Shown piece by piece: positions 54,345 through 62,719 of a DNA stretch of 64,000 nt. The stretch spans positions 3,311 through 67,310 of the forward strand of contig CAVPEZ010000029.1 in NCBI GenBank assembly GCA_963703635.1, in the 5' to 3' direction. Both the position numbers and the translations under genes were made by a program. The stretch comes from an uncultured Acidobacteriaceae bacterium. GTDB lineage: Bacteria > Acidobacteriota > Terriglobia > Terriglobales > Acidobacteriaceae. Position 1 is the stretch's first letter. Each line of letters opens with the position of its first letter. The notes under the pieces were generated by a model that was not told the origin of the DNA, searched no databases, and saw only the letters and a list, made by a program, of their open reading frames with translations.

Positions 54345-55476
54345 ATGAACGTAGTCAAGGCCACCCGTCAGTTCGAGGCCTGGCTAGCTCTGCGCACTCG
54401 AATCGACCAGCAAGACCTCCGCCTGAAGCACACGAACATGAAGGCGGATGTCTTCATGTTTCTCCGCGCCACTTACTACCGCTGGGCGCAAGTCTGGCCG
54501 CAAGTCTGTCCCGACCTTGCCCGTGCCCCGCAAGTCCTCACTGTCGGCGATCTGCATATCGAAAACTTCGGAACCTGGCGCGACATCGAAGGCCGCCTCA
54601 TCTGGGGTGTCAACGATTTCGACGAAGCCTGGCCCATGGCGTTACACCATCGATCTAGTACGTCTCGCCGTCAGCGCCCATCTCGCCGTCGAGGCCGGAC
54701 GTCTCCCCATAAAGCGCGAGGACATCTGCACCGCCATGCTCGAAGGCTATCGCGAAGCTTTGCAGCAGAAAGGGTGCCCTTTCGTCCTCGGCGAAAATCA
54801 TCAATGGCTCCGCCGCATCGCCGAAGGCGAACTCCGCGATCCTGTCCGTTTCTGGCAAAAGATGGACGCGCTGCCCACCCTCAAAACCGAGGCCCCGGTC
54901 AGCGCCATCGATGCCATCGAGCATTTAATGCCGGCGCCCGGCATTTCCTATCGCCTCGCTCACCGCACCGCCGGACTCGGCAGCCTGGGCCACGCCCGCT
55001 ACGTCGCGCTTGCCGACTGGCACGGCGGCCGCATTGCCCGCGAAGCCAAGGCGCTGGTGCCGTCATCCTCCCATTGGGCCCAGAGCCTCGAGGTTCAGAA
55101 GCGCGAGGTTCAGAAGAACAAGTCGCAGGGAAACGACGGCCCCGGCGAAATCCTTTACCAGACCATCATCAGCCGCGCCGTCCGGTGTCCCGATCCCTTC
55201 GTCCAGTTGCGCGGGCGCTGGATCGTCCGCCGCCTCAGTCCTCATTGCTCCCGCATCGAACTCGCTTCCTTGCGCGCCCCCGACACCGAACTGCGCCTGC
55301 TCCACGCCATGGGATGCGAAACCGCCAACATCCATCTCGGCACCCCATCCGCCCGCAAACTCATCCTTCACCATCTCGACAAACAGAAAGGCAAGTGGCT
55401 GCACCACGCCGCCGAAGCCATGCTCCAGGCCGTCCGCTCCGATTGGGAAGTCTGGAAGAAAAAAGGCTACGCCTGA
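54345..55476 (+). pseudogene. DUF2252-domain protein, apparent frameshift
   Basis: Frame 1 from the ATG at 54345 reads ...FMFLRATYYRWAQVW...VGDLHIENFGTWRDIEGRLIWGVNDFDEA, then turns into Arg/Pro-rich nonsense. The frame of ORF 54448..55476 takes over with PGPWRYTIDLVRLAVSAHLAV.... This continues the DUF2252 pattern NDFDE..PGPW.wDlkRLa.S. The switch is near 54625-54632. Confidence 0.7.
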
Positions 55477-55622
55477 TGCCGTCCGCGCCGCGCGGTGGGA
55501 CACGCTTTCTCCAAGGACCGCGCTTTTGGGTAGCGCAGCGCTTCAGCGCTGCCATAAGCCGGGCATGACTGAGGGCTTTAGCCCCCGTGAGGTCCCCCCT
55601 GCGTTACACTATCTCGCCGCCC

Positions 55623-57047
55623 ATGCCGCCTACTTCCCACGGTGCCAACCAACTCCTAACTCAACTCGAAGCCGCCAAGAGTGATTTCGGCACAGGCCAC
55701 GCCGCTTTCATCACCAAACTCATCTCTCAACTCTCGCGGCTCCAACTGAACGATCCTCAGCACCTGATCCGCTTCCACGAAGCTCTGTTCTTCTTGCGAG
55801 CCTTTCCGTACGCTCCGTCTTTAGTCCCGCGCGTCGAGCATCTGCTCGATACTTTCCATAAGCGTATCGAGAAACTGAGCGCCCACGCCGACATGTCGCT
55901 GTTCGACGACTTCGATACTTCCGGCATCGCTGGCACTACCATGCAGGACACTCTCTCCTTTGACGTAGCTCGCTGGCTCGTGCGCCGCATCCCACGCAAC
56001 GTCGAGATAGCCTGGGACGACTACCGGGACGACTATCAAGCCGAGCGCGCCCGCGGCAACACCTGGCCGCGTTTCATTCCGCTCCTCGAAGAAGACGCAG
56101 ACGTAGAGGCCAACATTCCATGGACGCGTTGGCTCGACGCCGCCCGAGGCCGCCAGAATGCGCTTGCCTGGCTCCTCAACCGCTTCGCGCAGCTCAATCG
56201 TCCGGCTCGCCAACGCGCCGAACTTTATGACTCACTTCGTCTTCCGCTCCGCTGGAAGCTCGAAAACCTCAAGCTCTCCCGCACGCGCAACTGGTTGCGT
56301 CCCCGCCGCTTCTACTTCCACAAGACCCCTCTCATCCAGCGCAGCGAAGTTTCTCTCTCGCAAGAACTAGCCCAGCCCGCGCCCAAACTGGAAAAGCTGT
56401 CCGTCTCCTCCGGAGAATCCGTGATGCACGCGATCCGAGAAGTCATGGCCGTGCGCTACCGCGAACTCTACGGAACCACGCTCGGCGACCCGCGCACGGT
56501 CGTCCGCGCCGACCTGGGCCGCGGCGTAGTCATGCATTTCTGGGGACTGCCGCCCGCGCGCCGTCTCCCCTTGCGCGCCTACCTCGCCGGCTACACCCTG
56601 AAGAACGGCGTCCCCATCAACTACGTCGAAGCCATCGGACTTTGCGAGTGGGTCGAGGTCGGCTTCAATACTTTCTACACCTATCGTCAGGGAGAGACCG
56701 CCTGGATCTACGCCCAGGCGCTGCGCTGCCTGCGCGCTCTCACCGGTGCGAAGTGCATTTCGATTTATCCCTATCAGATCGGACAGAACAACGACGAAGC
56801 CATCGATTCTGGTGCGTTCTGGTTTTATCGCAAGCTGGGCTTCCGCTCGGGACGCACCGACTTGCGGGCACTGTGTGAACGAGAAGAGAAAAAGATCACC
56901 GCCAACCCGAAATATCGCACTCCGCCGCGAACGCTGAAGCGGCTGGCGCGAGGCCCACATGTTTTACGAAGTGGGATCATCCTGCGAGAATCGTGCGATC
57001 GCCGCCGAAGGATTCGTATCAGGGCACGCCTTCAGAGCCTGCCCTGA
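55623..57047 (+). CDS. hypothetical protein with a C-terminal GNAT-like region
   Basis: Long ORF with protein-like composition. The block near the end, ...NGVPINYVEAIGLCEWVEVGFNTFYTYRQGETAWIYAQ...DSGAFWFYRKLGFR, resembles an acyl-CoA N-acyltransferase fold. The last ~25 codons run into a REP-like element, so the true C-terminus is uncertain. The ORF stays open from 55587. Confidence 0.6.
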   Translation: MPPTSHGANQLLTQLEAAKSDFGTGHAAFITKLISQLSRLQLNDPQHLIRFHEALFFLRAFPYAPSLVPRVEHLLDTFHKRIEKLSAHADMSLFDDFDTSGIAGTTMQDTLSFDVARWLVRRIPRNVEIAWDDYRDDYQAERARGNTWPRFIPLLEEDADVEANIPWTRWLDAARGRQNALAWLLNRFAQLNRPARQRAELYDSLRLPLRWKLENLKLSRTRNWLRPRRFYFHKTPLIQRSEVSLSQELAQPAPKLEKLSVSSGESVMHAIREVMAVRYRELYGTTLGDPRTVVRADLGRGVVMHFWGLPPARRLPLRAYLAGYTLKNGVPINYVEAIGLCEWVEVGFNTFYTYRQGETAWIYAQALRCLRALTGAKCISIYPYQIGQNNDEAIDSGAFWFYRKLGFRSGRTDLRALCEREEKKITANPKYRTPPRTLKRLARGPHVLRSGIILRESCDRRRRIRIRARLQSLP

Positions 57048-57465
57048 GCTTGTCGAAGGGCGTGCCGAACGCGTTACCAAACCCCCGCCGGCTTTAGCCG
57101 CTGCGGAAGCGCCCGGGGCCTGGGACACCTTCTCCACGCGCACCCTGGGCCTCCGAGTCAACCGCCGCATGGCGCGCGAATTCAATGGCGACAGCCAGAA
57201 AATCCGCGCAGCTTCCACCACCGCCGTAACCCGAGCCCTGAACCTCAACCCCGCCCGCTGGACCCCAACCCAGCAGCAAGCGCTGGAGGATTGGTCGCTG
57301 GTTCTGGCGCTATTCCCAAACCTGGCCCACTGGTCGCCGAACGAAAAGCAGCAACTAGTCAAAATCATCCGCGCCAAGTCGGCACCCAATGAAATGCCCT
57401 ACCTGCGTCAAACCCAGCATCACGCGCGCCTGCGGAACGAACTGCTCCGGCTGGGATGGCGATAG
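56959..57465 (+). CDS. hypothetical ORF overlapping the previous gene (possibly its displaced C-terminus, or a shorter gene starting at ATG 57169)
   Basis: The 3' two-thirds look protein-like (…WTPTQQQALEDWSLVLALFPNLAHWSPNEKQQLVKIIRAKSAPNEMPYLRQTQHHARLRNELLRLG). The 5' third is a translation of a REP-like element (…FRACPELVEGRAERV…). Confidence 0.35.
   Translation: MFYEVGSSCENRAIAAEGFVSGHAFRACPELVEGRAERVTKPPPALAAAEAPGAWDTFSTRTLGLRVNRRMAREFNGDSQKIRAASTTAVTRALNLNPARWTPTQQQALEDWSLVLALFPNLAHWSPNEKQQLVKIIRAKSAPNEMPYLRQTQHHARLRNELLRLGWR
57022..57066 (-). repeat. REP-like intergenic element, family 1, copy B
   Basis: The reverse complement reads GGCACGCCCTTCGACAAGCTCAGGGCAGGCTCTGAAGGCGTGCC. The core is bracketed by an 8-bp inverted repeat, GGCACGCC (57023-57030) / GGCGTGCC (57059-57066). 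Confidence 0.6.
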
Positions 57466-57498
57466 CCATTAATTTGTGACTATTGATTCGGTCTCGGG

Positions 57499-58200
57499 TT
57501 AAGGGTGGGAATCGAAAGCGATGCTGACTTTCGCAAAGGTGCGGGAATGGCTGGCGGCGTAGATCCATTGCTTCACGGCGGCGACGGCAGACTCGCCCAG
57601 AATTGGATTGCCTCCCAGCAAGCTGACATTTTCGACATTGCCCTTTGCCGCAATGGTTATCTGTAAGCGCACAATTCCGCGAATGTTGAGTCGCTTCAGA
57701 GTCTCTGGGTAATCCGGTTCGACGCGCAGGATGAGCTTTCTTTCAGGACGGTTCCTGGCGTCGATTATGATCAAAGTCTTCACACCGTCCGTGCTGGTTG
57801 CGGTGCTCACATAACCGATGGCGCCCCTCGTCCTGGCGACGTAGGCCACAATCTCAGCATCGGAACTGAATGTTCTTGGCATGGAGCCTCTACCGGTAAA
57901 CACGAGGACGCGGTAGTAGGATTGCAGATCGTCGTCGGTCCTGCCGAGGAACTCTCGCAGAAAGGCCTGGTGGACGGCTCCATCTTTCTCCAGTACGGGT
58001 TCGACATGGGTGCCGTCCCCAAGCGAGTTGCTTTCTTCCAAAAAGACTCTTTTGAGTTCTCCCCCGGAAATTGTGTCTGCTCTCACGCTCGAGTTCACAA
58101 TTAACTTAATGTCGCCCGCGAACGCAGTTGGCAAAACGGAGGTCATCAAGCCGGCTGCAAGGAGGGATATTCTTGCGGCTTTTAGTGCATTCTCTTTCAC
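57499..58200 (-). CDS. secreted fusion of a PstS-like periplasmic-binding half-domain and a TonB C-terminal domain
   Basis: Signal peptide MKENALKAARISLLAAGLMTSVLPTAFA. Then ...IKLIVNSSVRADTISGGELKRVFL...IGYVS (PBP-like). Then ...VEPDYPETLKRLNIRGIVRLQITIAAKGNVENVSLLGGNPILGESAVAAVKQWIY (TonB_C). GTG start with AGGAGG RBS. Confidence 0.7.
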   Translation of the reverse strand: MKENALKAARISLLAAGLMTSVLPTAFAGDIKLIVNSSVRADTISGGELKRVFLEESNSLGDGTHVEPVLEKDGAVHQAFLREFLGRTDDDLQSYYRVLVFTGRGSMPRTFSSDAEIVAYVARTRGAIGYVSTATSTDGVKTLIIIDARNRPERKLILRVEPDYPETLKRLNIRGIVRLQITIAAKGNVENVSLLGGNPILGESAVAAVKQWIYAASHSRTFAKVSIAFDSHP

Positions 58201-58218
58201 CAGTGTTACCTCCTATGC

Positions 58219-59418
58219 TCAGAAATAAAGGCTGGTCTTAAGGACCAAGGCATGCGTGTCGTCCTTGAACCCCGATGGGTTCACCTGGGGATAGAATCCT
58301 TCCGGGTATGCGTCATGAACATAACCGTTCATAAAGTGACCTTCCACTTTGACGTTCCAAAATTTTGTCAAGTCGACGCGTGCTGTAATTACTCTGTCGT
58401 AAATGTGATTGCCGGGCAGGCTGGTGTCCGTTTGGTTTTGGTAGAGTGCGGTAAGAGGGCCTGAATAAAACTGTGTCATTGTGTAACGGGAGTAGTAGGA
58501 CCCGAGATCGAGCCGTTTGCTGATCCGGTAGGTTCCAGACACATACCAGCCGCGCGAGTCAGTTAAGAGCTCGGAAGCGTCATTCACGATGATTTGGTCC
58601 CGCAAGTAACGGCGATATTCAGCGTCGATGTGCAACTTCCGAAAGGTGTACTGACTGTAGAACTGGTTGGTCCAGTCGGCTTTTGAGTACTGCTTTAGGA
58701 CTGAGTCTCTACCCGTGATGTCCTGATTCAAACGCGAAGCACCGACTTGTAGATTCTTCAGAGCCGTATTCCACCGAAGATCAATCCCGTACTGAGGCCC
58801 ACCGAGGCTGTGGAGGTAGATTCCGTACTGAGTCAGAAAATACGGGTAACCGCTATGGATACTGTCGCTGCGATGCCCACCGAATGCGGTGTAGGAAAGG
58901 TCACCGAGATGATGCTTGAGGGCAATGTTGCCATACACATCGCCGCCCAGGTGAGCAATCGTGGTTTCTCGAAGATCCGTGGCATATACGCTCTGAGGAA
59001 GCAGCGCAAAGGTGCGAAGGAAATCCAGGTCCTGCGTGTCGTTGTAGAGGCCCAGCGTGGTTTTGACTTTGCCGCCGCGAACGCCAAACCAACTTCGGAG
59101 GCGGTAATCGGCGACAGCCCAATCCAGGGAGGGATGGTATTGGTCGAGTTGGCCGAGGTTGCGGTCGTAGATCTGGGCACCGACACGGAGCTTATCGCTT
59201 AGCTGACTGGACAGGTTAAGCCCAAAGTCCGTGAACGCAGCGCTGCCCTGGCTGGTTTTCATGGTCAGCCAATTGTTGTCGTTGGTGTAAACGAATCCCT
59301 GCGACACGAAGCCGTGTACTTGAACCGTGCGGTCAAAGAGTTTCAATTCTTGTCCGTGCACGGTGATTTGGCCGGCCCAAAGATAGACACAGATACAGGT
59401 AAGGACCAGCCCGACCAT
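58219..59418 (-). CDS. outer-membrane beta-barrel (porin-like) protein
   Basis: Signal peptide MVGLVLTCICVYLWAGQITVHG. Alternating-strand composition throughout. C-terminal ...VLKTSLYF with a terminal Phe. The ORF stays open to 59556. Confidence 0.6.
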   Translation of the reverse strand: MVGLVLTCICVYLWAGQITVHGQELKLFDRTVQVHGFVSQGFVYTNDNNWLTMKTSQGSAAFTDFGLNLSSQLSDKLRVGAQIYDRNLGQLDQYHPSLDWAVADYRLRSWFGVRGGKVKTTLGLYNDTQDLDFLRTFALLPQSVYATDLRETTIAHLGGDVYGNIALKHHLGDLSYTAFGGHRSDSIHSGYPYFLTQYGIYLHSLGGPQYGIDLRWNTALKNLQVGASRLNQDITGRDSVLKQYSKADWTNQFYSQYTFRKLHIDAEYRRYLRDQIIVNDASELLTDSRGWYVSGTYRISKRLDLGSYYSRYTMTQFYSGPLTALYQNQTDTSLPGNHIYDRVITARVDLTKFWNVKVEGHFMNGYVHDAYPEGFYPQVNPSGFKDDTHALVLKTSLYF

Positions 59419-59589
59419 TCGTCGACGCACGCGATCTCCTGAATTAGTTATCCGAAGAAGTAGATCGGTCAAACGGAGGGAAAACTTGAATGCTGGCAGG
59501 ATCAGAAAACCGAGACGAGAAGGACCCAAGCGGATGACAATGGTAAACAGTTCCATTGACGATTCCTTAGTCTCCCCTTACCCTGTAGC

Positions 59590-60540
59590 GTGCACTTGAA
59601 ATCTGAAATCTTCCATCTAGCCGTCGCCGACGATATTACGGATTTGGTCGGCAGCACTCCCATGCTGCGACTAAGACGGCTCGTTCCCGCCGGATCGGCC
59701 GACATATTCGCCAAACTTGAATACTTGAATCCAGGCGGAAGCGTGAAGGACCGTGCGGCCATCGGCATCATTCGCCGAGCCGAGCAGGAGGGCAAACTCG
59801 CGCCCGGTGGGACGATCGTTGAAGCCACAGCGGGGAACACGGGGATTGGGCTGGCTCTGATCGGAGTCAATCGCGGATATAAGGTCAAGCTGTTTGTGCC
59901 TGAAAATTTCTCCCAGGAGAAGGTGATTATCATGCGCGCCCTGGGAGCGGAGGTGGAGCGTACTCCGGACGAAGAGGGCATGCAGGGAGCGATCCGGCGC
60001 GCCAAGGAATTGGTGGCCGGCGATCCTACCGCGTTTATGGCGGGGCAGTTTGAGAACCAGGCGAATCCCGATTATCACTACGAAACTACCGCGGTCGAAA
60101 TGTTCGAACAGCTCGATGGAAAGGTCGACGCCGTCGTTTTAGGCTGCGGCACTTGCGGAACTTTTTCCGGCATCGCGCGCTACATGAAGCAGCATGCGCC
60201 CGGTGTGCTGGCCCTCGCTGTGGAAACCCAGGGATCGATTCTGGCTGGGGGAGAGCCCGGTCCCCACAAGGTGGAAGGGATTGGAGTGAGTTTCATCCCC
60301 AAGACGTTTGACGCCTCGGTATGCGATGGCGTGATCATGGTGAATGACGACGATGCGTTTGCCACCGTGAAGCGGCTGGCGGCGCTGGAAGGCGTGTTGG
60401 CGGGATCAAGCGGAGGAGCAGCGGTGTTCGCGGCTCTCCTGGTCGCGCAACGGCTGGGCGCTGGGAAACGGGTCGCAACCATTATTCCGGATTCGGCCGA
60501 ACGCTATTTGTCGAAGAAGATTTTTGAGGGCGGAATTTAG
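59590..60540 (+). CDS. cysteine synthase family PLP enzyme (O-acetylserine sulfhydrylase / cystathionine beta-synthase-like)
   Basis: LEYLNPGGSVKDRAA (PLP lysine), EATAGNTGIGLA, and a GTCGTFSG loop. 316 aa. GTG start. Confidence 0.9.
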   Translation: MHLKSEIFHLAVADDITDLVGSTPMLRLRRLVPAGSADIFAKLEYLNPGGSVKDRAAIGIIRRAEQEGKLAPGGTIVEATAGNTGIGLALIGVNRGYKVKLFVPENFSQEKVIIMRALGAEVERTPDEEGMQGAIRRAKELVAGDPTAFMAGQFENQANPDYHYETTAVEMFEQLDGKVDAVVLGCGTCGTFSGIARYMKQHAPGVLALAVETQGSILAGGEPGPHKVEGIGVSFIPKTFDASVCDGVIMVNDDDAFATVKRLAALEGVLAGSSGGAAVFAALLVAQRLGAGKRVATIIPDSAERYLSKKIFEGGI

Positions 60541-60563
60541 CGCTGGCAATGAAAGTACTCCCA

Positions 60564-60605
60564 CCCTCTGTGACCCCGTACCCTCTGTGTTTCAAGGTCT
60601 TGACT
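60564..60605 (+). repeat. intergenic CTGTG-rich element, family 2, copy 3
   Basis: CCCTCTGTGACCCCGTACCCTCTGTGTTTCAAGGTCTTGACT, 25 nt after the cysteine-synthase stop codon. Confidence 0.6.
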
Positions 60606-60978
60606 CTAACGAATTCTCCTTGACTGCAACCACAGCGAGGTGAAACCCTTATTGTTGTTGACATGATTGACAAACGAGGATGCACTAAAGCCCTTGTGGA
60701 TTCCATCGAAGAGAGTCGCATGTGGTGGCCAGTGATTTCTCCTTTGGATTAAGTCGTTTGCCCTCAAGATTTTGCAAGACGTACGTTTAAGCAGGAACTG
60801 ATTCTAAAGGACTTACAGCTTGCGGTATAGTACAAGTCCTTTATTTACAAGATTTTGCCCGTAACTGATTGAGCCGCTTGGATTTTTTCGCGTTTTTCCG
60901 CTAAGTTGAAGATTCTAAAGAACCGTGGGGGAGGGGGATACCTCTACGACTCCCAAACTTCCGATATTGGAACGACGA

Positions 60979-62136
60979 ATGAAAGCAAGCAATCAGCCCG
61001 GTTTCGCTACCCGCGCCATTCACGATGGGCAGGAACCGGATTCCTTGACCGGCGCAGTCACCGTCCCAATCTATCCGACTTCTACGTACGTGCAGCAAGG
61101 GATCGGCGAAAACAAGGGCTACGAGTATTCACGCGTCTCAAACCCCACGCGCACTCGCCTCGAGCAGAACCTGGCTTCGCTCGAAGGTGGAGTTGCAGCG
61201 CCCGTGTTTGCCAGCGGCATGGCAGCGATCAACGCCGTCGCGATGCTGCTGAAGTCGGGCGATCATGTGGTGTGCGGGAACGATTTGTATGGCGGGACGC
61301 CGCGGCTCTTCAACCAGGTGCTGACCGGATTCGGGCTGGAGTTTTCCTACGTAGATACGTCGGATGCGGAGAACGTCGAGCGCGCGATCCGCAGGAACAC
61401 GCGCATGGTGTACGTGGAGACGCCGACAAATCCGCTCATGCGGTTGAGCGATCTGGCCGCGATCAGCCAGATTTGCCGGCGCAAGAAAATTGAGTTGGTG
61501 GTGGACAACACCTTCATGTCTCCCTACTTTCAGCAACCGCTGGCGCTGGGCGCGGACTTGGTTGTGCACTCGACCACGAAGTTTCTAAACGGCCACAGCG
61601 ATGGTCTGGGCGGCGTAGTGGTATGCAGCAAGCCGGAGCAGGCAACAATGCTCGCATTTTTGCAGAAGGCCGCAGGAGCGATACTTTCTCCGTTTGAATG
61701 CTGGCTGGTGCTGCGGGGGGTGAAGACGCTGGCGGCGCGTATGGAGATCCATGACCGCAACGGGCGCGCTGTTGCGGATTTTCTAGCGAACCATCGCAAA
61801 GTGAAGAAAGTTTTTTATCCGGGACTCCTAGATCATCCCCAACACGAACTGGCGAAACGGCAAATGAGCGGCTTTGGGTCGATGATCACTTTTGAAACTG
61901 GTTCGCTGAAGAATGCCAACAAGATGCTGAAGAAACTTCGCGTGTGCTCGCTGGCGGAATCGCTCGGAGGAGTGGAAACGCTGATCTCGCATCCGGCGAC
62001 GATGACGCACGCGGGACTTGGCGAGAAGGGCCGAAAGGCGATTGGCATCACCGACGGCATGGTCCGCATCTCGGTGGGGATCGAGGATATTGACGATATC
62101 CTCGACGATCTGGAAGTGGGTCTGGCAGCGATCTAG
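60979..62136 (+). CDS. cystathionine gamma-synthase/gamma-lyase family PLP enzyme
   Basis: FATRAIHDGQEPDSLTGAVTVPIYPTSTY and HSTTKFLNGHSD (PLP lysine). I chose the start at the ATG at 60979 (MKASNQPG...). The ORF stays open from 60925. Confidence 0.9.
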   Translation: MKASNQPGFATRAIHDGQEPDSLTGAVTVPIYPTSTYVQQGIGENKGYEYSRVSNPTRTRLEQNLASLEGGVAAPVFASGMAAINAVAMLLKSGDHVVCGNDLYGGTPRLFNQVLTGFGLEFSYVDTSDAENVERAIRRNTRMVYVETPTNPLMRLSDLAAISQICRRKKIELVVDNTFMSPYFQQPLALGADLVVHSTTKFLNGHSDGLGGVVVCSKPEQATMLAFLQKAAGAILSPFECWLVLRGVKTLAARMEIHDRNGRAVADFLANHRKVKKVFYPGLLDHPQHELAKRQMSGFGSMITFETGSLKNANKMLKKLRVCSLAESLGGVETLISHPATMTHAGLGEKGRKAIGITDGMVRISVGIEDIDDILDDLEVGLAAI

Positions 62137-62176
62137 AAACCGTTGCCGCGGATTTGCAGGGATCACAACCCAGCAG

Positions 62177-62503
62177 CTACTCCTCCGCGGAGACGGATTC
62201 GGCGATCCACTCCAAATAGGTTGGCGATCCGTCTTCAATCGCCAGGCAGACGCATTCTGGGACTTCGTAAGAATGGAGTTCTGCGATCGTTTCGCGGACC
62301 TGGACGAACGCCGCGGCCGTGGTCTTCACGATCAATAGCCATTCGCGCGCTTCTTCTATGGCGCCTTGCCAGCGGTAGATAGACGTGATTTGCGGGACAA
62401 TGTTGACGCATGCGGCGAGCCGGCGCTCCACCAGAGCGCGAGCGATTTTGTTGGCCTCTTCTTCCGAGGCGGCGGTGGTGAGGATGATGCGTTTGTCAGT
62501 CAT
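62177..62503 (-). CDS. cutA: divalent-cation tolerance protein CutA
   Basis: ILTTAASEEEANKIARALVERRLAACVNIVPQITSIYRWQGAIEEAREWLLIVKT is the CutA1 signature. 108 aa. Confidence 0.9.
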   Translation of the reverse strand: MTDKRIILTTAASEEEANKIARALVERRLAACVNIVPQITSIYRWQGAIEEAREWLLIVKTTAAAFVQVRETIAELHSYEVPECVCLAIEDGSPTYLEWIAESVSAEE

Positions 62504-62719
62504 ATGAAATTGAATCCATAGAGGTCGCTAGCCACGAAGTCAATGTAGCAGGTCGCGAGGTCGCGGTCCCTGAGGCAGCAGTTGCAGGCCTTATATAACC
62601 ATGTTGGTTCCTATTGTCTGTGTCGCGAGAACTTCCGCTTGACGCGGGAGGTGAAGAGAAGTTCACTGAATAGCTAAGGTTTGAGCAAGAAGACTTCCGT
62701 GGCAGCGAGGGAGCAAGCA

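Noticed and set aside
54219-55568. 449-aa + strand ORF taken as one real protein.
   Set aside because: Only its segment from ATG 54345 to ~54630 is protein-like (the DUF2252 N-terminus). After that it becomes Arg/Pro/Ser-rich read-through, and the DUF2252 homology continues in another frame (ORF 54448..55476). I interpret it as a frameshifted gene, not a long novel protein.
60663-60752. 29-codon ORF (MIDKRGCTKALVDSIEESRMWWPVISPLD) in the transsulfuration spacer, considered as a possible leader peptide.
   Set aside because: It has no Shine-Dalgarno sequence and no enrichment of Cys or Met codons of the kind expected for attenuation control. I kept only the general observation that the spacer is unexplained.
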